Shown: positions 12,151-22,839 of the stretch, in pieces | How the letters are laid out: each line of letters opens with the position of its first letter | Position numbering within the stretch: position 1 is the first letter of the stretch | From: Mobula hypostoma | Taxonomy: Eukaryota | NCBI RefSeq assembly: GCF_963921235.1 | Contig: NC_086097.1 | Coordinates: forward strand, 127,598,001 to 127,662,000 | DNA length: 64,000 bases | Reading direction: 5' to 3' | Position numbers and translations under genes: made by a program | Notes under the pieces: generated by a model | The model's database searches: none | The model's input: the letters and a program-made list of their open reading frames with translations, nothing else | What the model was told of the DNA's origin: nothing

Positions 12151-13530
12151 GGCTCCTACATTGACCTTTGAGGTACTGTATCCACCTTTAGAGAATATCA
12201 CCAGCTAGCTTCAGTGCAGTTATGTATGTTGACAACACAGGACTTACTGCCCTTGACTACAGGGCCTTGACGCTGGTGACCAGCTTCAGTAGAACATTAC
12301 AATTTGCTCCACAGTCACACTGAAATGTCAAGGTTACTCTTACATAGGCATCTTAGAAGAGATACTTCTACTGTGCCAGGTACAGAATTGGACCTGCAAG
12401 GCTCACCTCCAGAGACTTCGTAAGGAAGTAGAAACATTTTTGAAAGATCATGGAACTGACGGCTGTCAGAACCAGCACAGAGGAGGAGTTGAGGCTTGGG
12501 GTAGTTCAGTCATGGCTATATTGAATGATGCAGCAGACTTGGTAGTTTGCCCCTATTTTCTTAAGTTCTCGTGTTTCATTTTTAAGCTGGTTGCAATCAC
12601 TGTTCCACCTAAACTCTGTGGGTGCATGGCCACACAGTAACTGAAATGCTCCTGTGCACATTGCCTTTCTGGCCACAAAGCTGGAATTTTCTTTTATAAA
12701 ATTTTAATATAATTTTGAAATCTATATAAATATGATTGTGTAATTAATTATGCATGAATGAATATGATCCATTAATTTTCTAAATAATAAATGTACCATA
12801 ACCTTTACTTTGAGACGTTTTAGAGCTTCAAATTATTTACATTGTTAATGTTTCAAGTTACAACACCATTACAAACTGTAACAATAAACACAGAATGGAA
12901 GTCGGTAGCTCATTGTTAATAAACTGCCAATGCAATCTAGTCAAAACATTTTACTTTTGCCATTGTGCCTGTCAGTTGTTTTGACTACTTGAATCATTTA
13001 CTTGTATTGTGAGTTGTGGTTTGTGAAAAATTCCATATTCTGATATTTTTGGTAATCTTTCAAAAAAACACATTATCTAATAAGATTTTTTAAATTAAAA
13101 AATTGTTAGAACGAAGTAAAATTCATTTCTATAAAATTGTTTGCATGACTGTGGTTATTTTATTAAATTTTCAATTTATCTTGCTAAATTTTTCAAATAA
13201 TAGTAGCTATTACTTTTACTATCCTAAGGATGGTGAAAAGAAAAGCAGAAAAAAGTTAAATGCTTTGAAGAACAAAGGTTTCACAAAATTTAAGGTAGAA
13301 TGAATTGCTTTTGCAACTTGTAGATACTGAACTACTGTCTTTGCATCAATCACAAAAAAATAAAAGTTGGTGATATTTTTTACATACAGAGATACTGGTG
13401 ATGTTGTATGCACCATTTGTGCTAAAGTTGTGGTGTGTCAGTAGTGAAAATATGAGAAAAATGGAAGTTAGATTACTCAGAACAACTTTTAACCAACGAA
13501 TTCATGTAGATACTGTTTCCAAATTATGCA

Positions 13531-15202
13531 TCCAGTAGAAGATCCTGACAACTACACCTGCAAAAAGTTCATCCAGCTGCAGCTTCCAAAAATCCATGTT
13601 AAGGAGTTGGAGCTGGAGCTGGATGAACTCCAGATCATTTGAGAGGCTGAAGGCGTGATAGATAAGACATGTAGAGAGGTAGTTACTCCCAAGGTACAGG
13701 GTATAGGAAACTGGGTGCCAGTCAGGAAGGGGAAAGGAGTTAAGGAGCCAGTTCAGAGTACCCCTGTGGCCATCCCCCTCAACAACAGGTTTGTCACTTT
13801 GGATACTGTTGGAGGGGTTGGCTTAACAGAGGAAGATCACAGTGGTCGGGACTCTGGCACTGAGCCTGCTTCTGTGACTTAGAAGGGAGGTGGAGGGGGT
13901 GAGGGGAAGAGGCATGTGGTGGTGATAGGAGATGCATTAGTTAGGGGAGCAAACAGGAGGCTATGTGGGTGAGAACAAGACTCCTGGATGGTACGTTGTC
14001 TCCCAATTGCCAGAGTCCGGGATATCTTGGATTGAGTCCTCAACATTCTTAAGTGGGAGGGTGAACAACCAGAAGTCATGATCCATGTAGGAACCAACGA
14101 CATGGGAAGGACAAGTGATGAGGTTGTGGACAGGGAGTTAGGTGCGAAGATGAAGGGCAGGACCTCCAGGGTTGTGATCTCAGGATTGCTACCTGTGTCA
14201 CATGCTAGTGAGACCAGAACTAGGAAGATTATGCAGTTTAATATGTGGCTAAGGAGTTGGTGTAGGAAGGAGGGCATAAGGTTTTTGGATCATTGGGCTC
14301 TCTTCTTGGGAAGGTGGGACCTGTACAGAAGGGATGGTTTGCATCTGAACTGTAGGGGGGACTAATATCCTACTGGGAGGGTTTGTTATCGCTGCATGGT
14401 GGGGTTTAAACTAAAGTTGCAGGCGAATGGGAACTAGAGTGCCAGAACTGTAGTGAGGAGAGACTGTTGATTACACAAAATTGCTGTCAACAGGATGACT
14501 TGGAGTATTGTGAGCAGTTTTGTGGCCCTTATATTAGAAAGGACGTGCTGAAACTGAAGAAGATTCACATGTGTTTCACAAAAATAATTCCAGGATTGAA
14601 TGGTTTGTCATATGAAGAGTACTTGTGTTCACTACAACTCAGAAGAATGAGGGGTGACCTCCTTGAAGCCTATCAAATGGTGAAAGGCCTTGATAGAGTG
14701 GATGTGGAGCGAATGCTTCCTATGGTGGGAAAATCTAAGACCAGAGGACACAGCCTCAGAATAGAGGGAAGCACACACAAAATGCTGGAGGAACTCAGCA
14801 GGCCAGGCAGCATCTACTTTTTTCCATAGATGATGCCTGGCCTGCTGAGTTCCTCCAGCAATTTGTGTGTGTGTGTTGCTTGGATTTCCAGCATCTGCAG
14901 ATTTTCTCTTGTTCAGAATAGGGAGGCATCCTTCTAGAACAGAGGTGAAGGAGGAATTTCTTTAGCCAAAGAGAGATGAATATGTGGAATTCTTTGCCAC
15001 AGGCTGCTATGGAGGCCATATCTTTATGTATATTTAAGGCAGAGTTTGATAGATTCTTGATTGTTCAGGGCACGAAGGGATATGGGAGCAGGCAGGAGAT
15101 TGGGGCTGAGAGGAAAATTGGATCAGCTGTGAGGAAATGGTGGAGCAGAATCAATGGGCCCAATGGCCTAATTCTACTCCTATACCTTATGGTCTTATGG
15201 TC
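13531..15202 (+). mobile_element. CR1 LINE, internally deleted (ORF1 esterase fused to ORF2 3' end)
   Basis: ORF1 SGNH-esterase motifs VIGD, HVGTNDMGR and DGLHLN. Jumps at ~14495 to LEYCEQF and RRMRGDL. Ends in the CTTATGGT repeat tail. Confidence 0.85.
14769..14912. mobile_element. Fold-back Penelope pseudo-LTR mini-insertion
   Basis: 45-bp inverted arms at 14772-14816 and 14827-14871. Flanked by duplicated TCAGAATAG (14756-14764 / 14913-14921) inside CR1. Confidence 0.75.
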
Positions 15203-16820
15203 AAAATGTGGAAGTTTGCACATGTTAACTGAATGTCCAAAAGAGTGTTAAGCAAGTGTGAAACTAGATGCCTGAAAGAAGTCAGCCCTGGTCTGGTCAA
15301 AGTGGTAATTGATAAACAGGTTATGAAAGAGCTGCGCAAATCTGCTTTCCAAACATTAATTGCTGATGAAAGTACAGACATTTCTGTACAGAAAATGTTA
15401 ATGTATTTTAAGTTTCGACTGGAAAATGAAACTTCCTATAAGACTATGCTTGTAGGTGTTTTGAAACTACTACATGAAACAGTCTCACTATTGTTGAAGC
15501 AATAAAAAATTATATCAACTACAGTCTTTATATTCAAAAGATGGTGATGTTTACATCAGACTGGACAAATGTTATGCTTGGAAAGTGGCAGCAATTCTTC
15601 CATGAGAAATAAAACATCTGTCTGAGCAACAATGTGTTGCACACAGAGAAGACTTAGGATTAGATGACACAAGGTATCAATTATGCAGGATATCGAAACA
15701 CTGCTACGACAGTGTACACACCATTCAGCAGGTCATCGATTAAAAAAGGAGAGCTAGATGAATTAGCTAATGTCACAGAATGCAATGTTGTGTCAGTCAT
15801 ATCACTAAACAAAGTAAGATAGCTGCCAGTACATTTTGCCGTTAACTGCTTTAATGAGGAATTATGAAGTTTTGATCCAGTATTGCAAGAACAAGTTAAC
15901 GAATGCAACAATCTAATCAGCAACTACTGCCTGAAGATTTTGACCAAATCACAATATCGAGCACCATTAACTGTCCTTAGCAATGTTTTAGAACATCTGG
16001 CATCTCTTTGTAAATTCCTTCAGAAAAGCAGCTTCAATACCATTGAGACATTGCGGTATGCAAAACCAAGAATGAATAAGTTACAATCACAGTCTCTTGG
16101 TGATACCCTTTTTGGAGTGACAATGTAAAAGATCTGCTTGTATCTTTAAGTTCTGATATCGACACTGCGCCTAATATTCAATTCATTCAATGTGTATGTA
16201 ATCACCTGGGTAATAGATTTCCTGATGATGAGTTAAGAAATGGTAAGCTTTGGAGCCGGTTGCTATTGCAAACACAACCTATTTTCAATTTGTAAAGAGA
16301 ACGTTGTACAGAATAATACTCAGGTGCAAACAATGATGGAAGTGTTGCCTCAAAAATATTGCAGCAGGACTGTGATTTCAAACTTGTCGCTCTGTGAAAG
16401 GTAAGACTGGTTCACTTAAGATGTTCACTCTTAATTTGAACTACATGCTTAGAAATGAAGAGTTTGAAGAACTGTCAATTCTGGTAAACATCATTGGAAC
16501 ATTTAAAGCTTCTAATGCTGACTGCAAATGTGGATTCGGTCTTATGAATTCATTCGAATGTAAATCCAGAAATAGACCAGAGGCAGAACATTTGGTTGAT
16601 CTACTGAGGATTAAGACATATCTTTCATGTGGGTGTGAAATTAATCTAGATAGTGTTCGTAGACAATGGATTTGTAACAAAGACAGACAAGAAAAAATTT
16701 ACAAAATGTGAATGATTTTCTTTGCTGTACTGTATTTCATTATGTCTTTTAATTAATAAATAACATCAAAAGTATGTGTATTTTCAATTTTTATTCTCAA
16801 TATTCATAGTACACATATTA

Positions 16821-17108
16821 CGGAGAGGGAGAATGCTGCCCAGGCTTTCTGCGTTTTGGTTGTGGACTTTTTTTCAGATTTGTGGATTTTTTGTATTCTG
16901 TGTTTGTCTCCCAATCTTTCTCTTGTTTTTCTATGTGGGGGATGGGGATTAGGGAGTCAATGTTTCATTTTTGTTTGCTTTTTTTGTGCGGGGAGGAGGG
17001 ATTTGGGGGTTGATGATTGTGCTGCCGTTCTTTACTTTCTTGGTTTCATGGCTATCTGGAGAAGAAGAGTTTCAGAGTTGTATACTTTGATAATAAATGA
17101 ACCTTTGA
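16821..17108 (+). mobile_element. Non-coding retroposon with Rex1-like 3' tail
   Basis: T/G-rich body. The tail GCTATCTGGAGAAGA...TCAGAGTTGTATA...TTGATAATAAATGAACCTTTGA is shared with 37827-38148 and resembles the Rex tail at ~10545-10618. Confidence 0.6.
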
Positions 17109-17959
17109 CAAAACAAAAACATTTAAAGTGGCACACAGTTTTCATGCTGTGTCAAAATTTCCTGCTCACAGCAATGGTTGGTCACACAGCTGTAAAAAAA
17201 TTAGAGGGAACATTGGTTGCAATGTATTAGTAATACATATAATATAATCTACTGTGCCTCATTTGAGGGCTTTATGGCATGCATCAAATTTTTTCTTAAT
17301 GAGTTACAATAAAATCTTTACCTCCATCACTCTAGTTGATCTCCTACAGCCAGCTGAATAAATATTTATTATTATTTAGCAATACAATGCAGAGTTGGCC
17401 TTTTCAGCTCTTCAAACCACGTTGCCCCAGCAGCCCCAGATAAACCTGATTAACGTTAACTAAACATAGGACAATATACCGTTCCAAGAATCACCCCTTG
17501 TAATAATGAACAATGAGGTATAGAGTATCTGTATTTACTGATAAGTAACTTAATTATTGTCTCAACTAAAAAGCACGTGGGTTCACAATCTGACTACTTG
17601 TGTGCACCCTACTAAAATTTTCTTATGCTCCATGAGCAGGCAATGAAGAGAAAAGTTATTACCCGGGAAAGGAGTCTACACTGGCCAAGCATCCCTCGCG
17701 GTCCCGATCTCCACGTGTCTGTGGGGTCCTCCTAATCCGCGATGGTTGCTGAAGAGCTATTGCCCCTGAGTATTCAGAGCTCCTGACTCTTATAGTGTTC
17801 CTCATCAATTGAACCATTGGATCGCCATCCCATTGGGTCACCTGACCAACCTGGGTCACCTTCTTCTACCTGGATACAGAGCTACAACCAACATAGTTTC
17901 ATGACTCTGCCCACCCTAGTTTTGTATATTTGTATCTCTTAGCTCTGACTCTCCAAACT

Positions 17960-18082
17960 GGTACATGGAACTTAGAAAAATAGAGTGCTATGGGTAATCC
18001 TAGGTAACTTCTAAAGTAAGTACATGTTCGGCACAGCAATGTGGGCCAAAGGGCCTGTATTGTGCAGTAGGTTTTCTATGTT
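17960..18082 (+). mobile_element. Short CR1 3'-end insertion
   Basis: Tail TGGGCCAAAGGGCCTGTATTGTGC...TTCTATGTT. TSD TCCAAAC (17952-17958 / 18083-18089). Confidence 0.7.
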
Positions 18083-18196
18083 TCCAAACCAGTTAAATGA
18101 GGCAACCCAGACAGAGTCTAATGAGATTACAGATTGCTTCTTTGTTAGGTCTGGCATTTTACATGCTAAGTAGCTACTCATCCGAGGATAGTCTCA

Positions 18197-19103
18197 GGCT
18201 ACGTCCACACTAGACCAGGTAAATCCATAACCGAAGCTTTTTCTCTTCATTTTGACCCTCTGTCCACACTGAAACGGTGTTTTCCTCCCCCGAAAATGGA
18301 GATTTTCTTAAACGTCCTCCAGAGTGTGTAAATTTGAAAACACCGGTTGTGCAGAGCAGTGTGGACGGGGTAAATGGATATTTTAAAAAACGCTGTCATG
18401 ATGTGCCGGAACAGATGGCGGCAGTGCAGCATTTCATTGTTTTCTTGAATGCAACCCCCCCCGCCACACAACCTAACAATTTCAGAACAGACGGCAACGA
18501 GACTGAAGCCAGAAGAGCTAGAAATGTACTCACCAAATACTTTGACCCATAGCTTACTGAATAAATAAGTATACTCACTTTGTCCTGTTTTCTGTCCTTG
18601 CTTGTATGAAGGTGGTTTACCTATTTATGCAAGTACTTCTCCGACAATAGATGTGTAACAGCCTAATGTAACGTTGTATGGAAATACAAGATAACACTGA
18701 TGCAGACATGTTTTATACATTTAACAAGGTGCTTTATTAATACAACAGAGTTAGTTGGTTTTCAATGTTCGTCGTCAGTCGGGTCATACTGTCCGTGAAC
18801 GCCCTGTCGGCTGCCTCCATACGCTTCGGTATTTGTTTTTTTTTAGTTTTAAGTCCTCCTGCACGAGACCCAATAGTAATTCCTTTTAAGTTTTTCTAGT
18901 TTGTATCTGGACAAACGCGCACCAAGTATACCGTTTCCTCTTTGCTTGTTTTCTGTGTGTCCTGCACATGCCCAGTAGGAGGAGATTCGCCCAAACATCT
19001 GTCCTAATGTGGACAGAGATATTTTTAAAAATGCTGGTGTGGACGTTTTTACACAAAACCGGCATTTTCAAAATTATCCGGTCTATCTAGTGTGGACGTA
19101 GCC
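18197..19103. mobile_element. Non-autonomous DNA transposon (MITE), PIF/Harbinger-like
   Basis: Perfect TIR GGCTACGTCCACACTAGA / TCTAGTGTGGACGTAGCC, repeated subterminal GTCCACAC/GTGGAC motifs, 3-bp flanks TCA/TCC, no transposase ORF. Confidence 0.85.
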
Positions 19104-20607
19104 TCCGATTTAGCAGGTCATTACCTGTAGTTCCTTGTGTCCACATTCAATTGTTCTGATTAGGTTGTCCCAGAGCAAGAATCAGCTCAGAGTCCACAAG
19201 ATGGGGAGAAACAAAGACAACTGGTTTGTCTGCTTCCCCTGTCCTCAATTAAACTGTAGTTTCTTCTGGCCAACATTACAATGACCAACTAACCAACCTG
19301 TTGCATCTTTGTACTGTGGGAGGACGTAGAGAGACTCCTTACAGAATGGTGCCGGAATTGAACTCTGAACCCTGGAATACTCCAAGATGTAGAAGCATAT
19401 GCTAACCGCAATGCTACCGTGGCACCTATGTGCGAACTCCGAGCTTTATTGTTTCCAGTTATAGATGGGGTACCTGACTGAGAATTCAGCAGCTTCATTA
19501 TCCGTCTTAGCTAAATAACACAATTTGCATATCCAATTATTCTCTTAATAGGATAATAATTATTATCTAATAGCTTCACATCTGGTACTTGATAATTAAG
19601 ATTCAGTCACTGGATTCTAAACAACTGGAGCTTCTAATACCATGTCAAGAAGCTGGAAAAAATTCACAGGAAACATTTAATCTTGTGCAACAGTTCTTAA
19701 AGTAGTGTAGCTTTAGAACAGCTTTGATTTGTTTCCTTAATTTCACATATATTATAATAATAAGTCCCAATCTTACAAGCACTGTGGCTCATAAAACAAA
19801 ACTATGTACTTCTGCCAAAACTGTACACAATTCAATGCTCAATTAAATATTAAAAAATCAATTAAATTTTAACAGCCACATATTTGACATAAATATATGC
19901 TTGTAGGTTGTGAAATTTTTGTGGAATTATGGCAATAGATGAATTTTTAATTACTACATCTCCTATCTCAAGAAACTGATAAAATGCATTCTTAATCTCC
20001 AGAGTCAGATTAGCTTCTAACAATAAATCTTGAATTTGGTGAAGTAAAAATCTAAACGCTCTGATAAAATATTCAAATACAAATCAAATCTGACCATACT
20101 GTACAGTTTGACAATAGTGTCACTGAATTATTTCATACCATTAATTCTTTAACATGTTGTATTACATTATGCTTATTAACTAGGCAAATATTACTGCATC
20201 ACTTTTCTCCATTTTAGTCTTTAGAATGCAGGACTGATCCATATGGTCTGCTTTGACTTTAAAGTCCCATCCTTGTCTTCACTGCTTCTTTTCCCAGTTG
20301 AACCTCTCCCCACACTCTTGATTTCTATGCTCATCCAGTTCTGGTCTCTCTTTCATCCTGGATCTCCTTTCCTCGGCTTTTGGTGGACCCATTTCCTGGA
20401 ACTTGCTTCCTGTTGTTCTCAACCTTTCTTTTCTTTTAAAATAACTCTTAAAACCTTTTTTTTTCAATCAGCCTGCCCATATTTCCCTTCATGCAACACA
20501 GTGCCAAATTGTGCTTGGTTATTGCTCCTCTGAGGTGCCTCTGAAAATGTTACTACATTGAGGATGGCAGTTGTTATACAGTCTAAACTTGGACATGAGC
20601 ACAATAA

Positions 20608-20800
20608 TGGCCACCCTCAGGGTGGAGGAGTAATACCTTATATTATGTCTGGGTAGCTTCCAACCTGATAGCATGAACATCGATTTCTCTTTCCAGTAAA
20701 ATAACTCCCTCCTTCCTTCCTCTATTCTGCACTCTGACCTTTTATTTCTCAGCTGCCTATTACTCTCCCTGGGACCCTTCCTCCTTCCCTTTATCCTGTT
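20608..20800 (+). mobile_element. Penelope-like GIY-YIG C-terminal fragment (probably resumes at 21138-21180)
   Basis: ATLRVEE*YLILCLGSFQPDSMNIDFS is homologous to 5659-5760. A pyrimidine tract follows. Confidence 0.75.
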
Positions 20801-20802
20801 GT

Positions 20803-21137
20803 CTATTGTTACCATCAGGCCACTGCCTTGTTCTCATTGTTACCATCAGGCAGGAGGTACAGAAATCTGAAGGCACACACTCAACAATTTAGGAACAGCT
20901 TTTTCCCCTCTGCCATTTGATTCCTAAAAGGACATTGAACGTATGAACACTGACTCACTTTTTTAATATATATTATTTCTGTTTTTGCACGATTTTCAAC
21001 CTATTCAATATGCATATACTGTAATTGATTGATTGATTTATTATTTTTTTCTATACTATGTATTGCATTGAACTGCTGCTGCTAAGTTAACAAATTTCAT
21101 GACACATGCTGGTGATAATAAACCTGATTCTGATTCC
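20803..21137 (+). mobile_element. Rex1/Babar 3' end/UTR fragment
   Basis: CCATCAGGCAGGAGGTACAGA (PSGRRYR) and tail GATAATAAACCTGATTCTGATTC. A 16-bp 5' duplication ATTGTTACCATCAGGC is present. Confidence 0.7.
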
Positions 21138-21213
21138 GGTTATCACCTCCCAGCTAGCCCCCTTCCCCTCCAGCCTCCTCTTTGTGTGTGGCTCTCCAAG
21201 CTGGCTTGTTAGC

Positions 21214-21257
21214 TTGCAGACGTTTCGTTACCCAGCTATGCAACGTCATCAGTGCAA
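21214..21257 (-). ncRNA. Minimal type-I hammerhead ribozyme, intact core
   Basis: Minus strand reads UUGCA-CUGAUGA-C-GUUGC(AUAGCUGG)GUAAC-GAAA-CG-UC^UGCAA: 5-bp stem I, 5-bp stem II, palindromic ACGU stem-III loop, GUC cleavage triplet. Confidence 0.85.
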
Positions 21258-21314
21258 CTTTGAATTAAATGTTGGTGATCTACATTGTTCGCCTTTTATG
21301 TGACCTGTGGTTAG

Positions 21315-21354
<40 letters not shown>

Positions 21355-21501
21355 CACGTGGGATGGGGGGGGGGAAGTATATGTGCCATTTCTATTGATT
21401 ATTGAGTATATAAACCGCAATTGGCTGATTAAAATCCGATTAGGTGACTAATCACAGGACACATAAAAGACGAACAATGTAGATCAACATCTCATTCGAA
21501 G

Positions 21502-21545
21502 TTGCACTGATGACGTTGCCTAGCTGGGTTTCGAAACGTCTGCAA
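21502..21545 (+). ncRNA. Minimal type-I hammerhead ribozyme, intact core with weakened stem II
   Basis: UUGCA-CUGAUGA-C-GUUGCCU(AGCU)GGGUUUC-GAAA-CG-UC^UGCAA. Predicted cleavage after 21540. Stem II has two U-U mismatches. Confidence 0.8.
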
Positions 21546-22839
21546 GCTAACAAGCCAGCTCAATGAGCTGCTCAATAACAACATTCTCAACCCGAGCTAC
21601 AAATCTTTTCCAACATCTTAAAGAAGTACTGTATGCTCGGTATTTGTCATATTGCATGGGGTCGAACAGCGAAGAGGAAGAAATGAAGGAGGGAGGCAAT
21701 GATAATCTTCAAAAGTAAATACGGAAAGCAGGGCTTTTTGTAAGATTATTCAGACATTGTGAAAAGATCAACACACACAAAATGCTGGAGGGACTCAGCA
21801 GGTCAGGCAGCATCTATGGAAATAAATAAACGAATTGAATGAATAAATGAATTGCGAAAAGATACTTTAAGCATTCATCAGAGATATTGGCACACTTACA
21901 GTATGTTCTTTATGTATAAAAGAGAGCCTTGGTGTAGGACCACTGATCAGTAATTATAGAACCATTTTGATATAAGCATTCTTCAGATAAATGTACTGAA
22001 GAGAAAAACACAACTTACCGCTTGGCTTAACAGCCCTGATGGAAATAATGAAAAAAAAGCTCACATATAAATCTTTAGTAAAATTGTAATGTTTCTTTCT
22101 ATTAAATATGCATCTGCAGCTTGCCTGTATGATTTTGTTCTACCTCAAGTGTGAAATATATCTGCTATAAGCTAAATTAAAAGTACATTTGTGGCTGTAC
22201 AGTAAAATGATCATGATAATGAAATGTCACATCTGAATCTTACAAAACAGTCAGGAATCCATTTGTGCAAATGTCGCTTTTGAACCTTGTTGGAGGAAAG
22301 AGAATGTGGTTCTCTGTTTTGGTGCACAGAGACTGACAAATGTGCTTTTAGAGAAAATAAAAGTGTGTATTTACATAGCAACTTTACCAATCTCAGTGAA
22401 TGTGGTCAATGTTGCCATACTGTAGATATAGGTTCCCACTACCTCTTCCACTTCTGAGTCCACCATCCCCCGGCTTCCCCAGATGAGCAATTGGAGGCAA
22501 GCTTCTGGGCTCAGAAGACTGGGGAACAAATGTTGTCCTGACCTCATGAACACTGGACTTTAACTGGATCCCTCTAGCCATCCCAACCAATAGAAGTGTG
22601 AGATCACCCCAGAGACTCAAGAGACCGCGGACGCTAGAATTTGCAACAACTGATCTGGAGCAACTCAATAGGTCAAGCAGCTTCTGTAGGAGAAAGAATT
22701 GTCAACGTTTCAGGCCAAAACCCTGTATCAGGATAATTTCAGCACAATTTGAAATCAGCCTGGGTGCTTGGTATTTGGCCATGATTTGATCTTCTCAGAC
22801 AATCCTTTACATAATGAGCAAATGCAAAGTTGTCCAGTC

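Larger units (their letters stand above)
13230..16711 (+). pseudogene. Disrupted hAT transposase (interrupted by CR1 at 13531-15202)
   Basis: N-terminal VVCTICAK (CxxC) near 13400, then LIADESTDIS (first catalytic D), FTSD...VMLG, CVAH, and the C-terminal dimerisation segment SNADCKCGFGLMN...RNRPEAEHLVDLLRI. Many stops and frameshifts. Confidence 0.8.
12598..17215 (+). mobile_element. Full-extent hAT DNA transposon fossil (ZNF862-like transposase) with nested insertions
   Basis: TIRs are CACTGTTCCACCTAA and TTAGAGGGAACATTG. Perfect 8-bp TSD GTTGCAAT (12590-12597 / 17216-17223). Transposase motifs lie in between. Confidence 0.9.
17480..19275 (-). mobile_element. Solo LTR (~760 bp net, possibly retroviral type) carrying two nested inserts
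   Basis: Ends (C)GTT...AACA. Flanks ATAC/TTAC match the expected TTAC TSD inside the SINE. Strand inferred from a TATA-like CTATAAG on the minus strand. Confidence 0.6.
17370..19426 (-). mobile_element. V-SINE split into two halves (17370-17479 and 19276-19426) by an LTR insertion
   Basis: Joining the halves restores GGACAAT(T)TACAATGACC, the reverse complement of the GGTCATCGTAAATTGTCC segment in the intact SINE at 2221-2500. The tRNA head (GCTAACCGCAATGCTACC, GGAATTGAACTC) is in the right half. Confidence 0.75.
21191..21620. mobile_element. Fold-back element made of inverted Penelope-type pseudo-LTRs, each arm with a hammerhead
   Basis: Arms 21199-21316 and 21446-21560 are reverse complements (9 substitutions + one 3-nt indel by manual alignment). 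The 129-bp spacer contains (GT)n. Confidence 0.8.

Noticed and set aside
15233..16711. Host ZNF862-like gene exon
   Set aside because: Riddled with stops and frameshifts and enclosed by TIRs with an 8-bp TSD, so it is a transposon fossil.
21400..21430. TATATAAA plus reverse CCAAT as a bona fide promoter
   Set aside because: Short motifs only and no transcript evidence. Kept as a hypothesis within the twin-hammerhead finding.
21191..21568. MITE or miRNA precursor interpretation of the inverted repeat
   Set aside because: No TSD or transposase-type TIR ends were found, the right side extends asymmetrically to ~21620, and the hammerhead content points to Penelope-type pseudo-LTRs.
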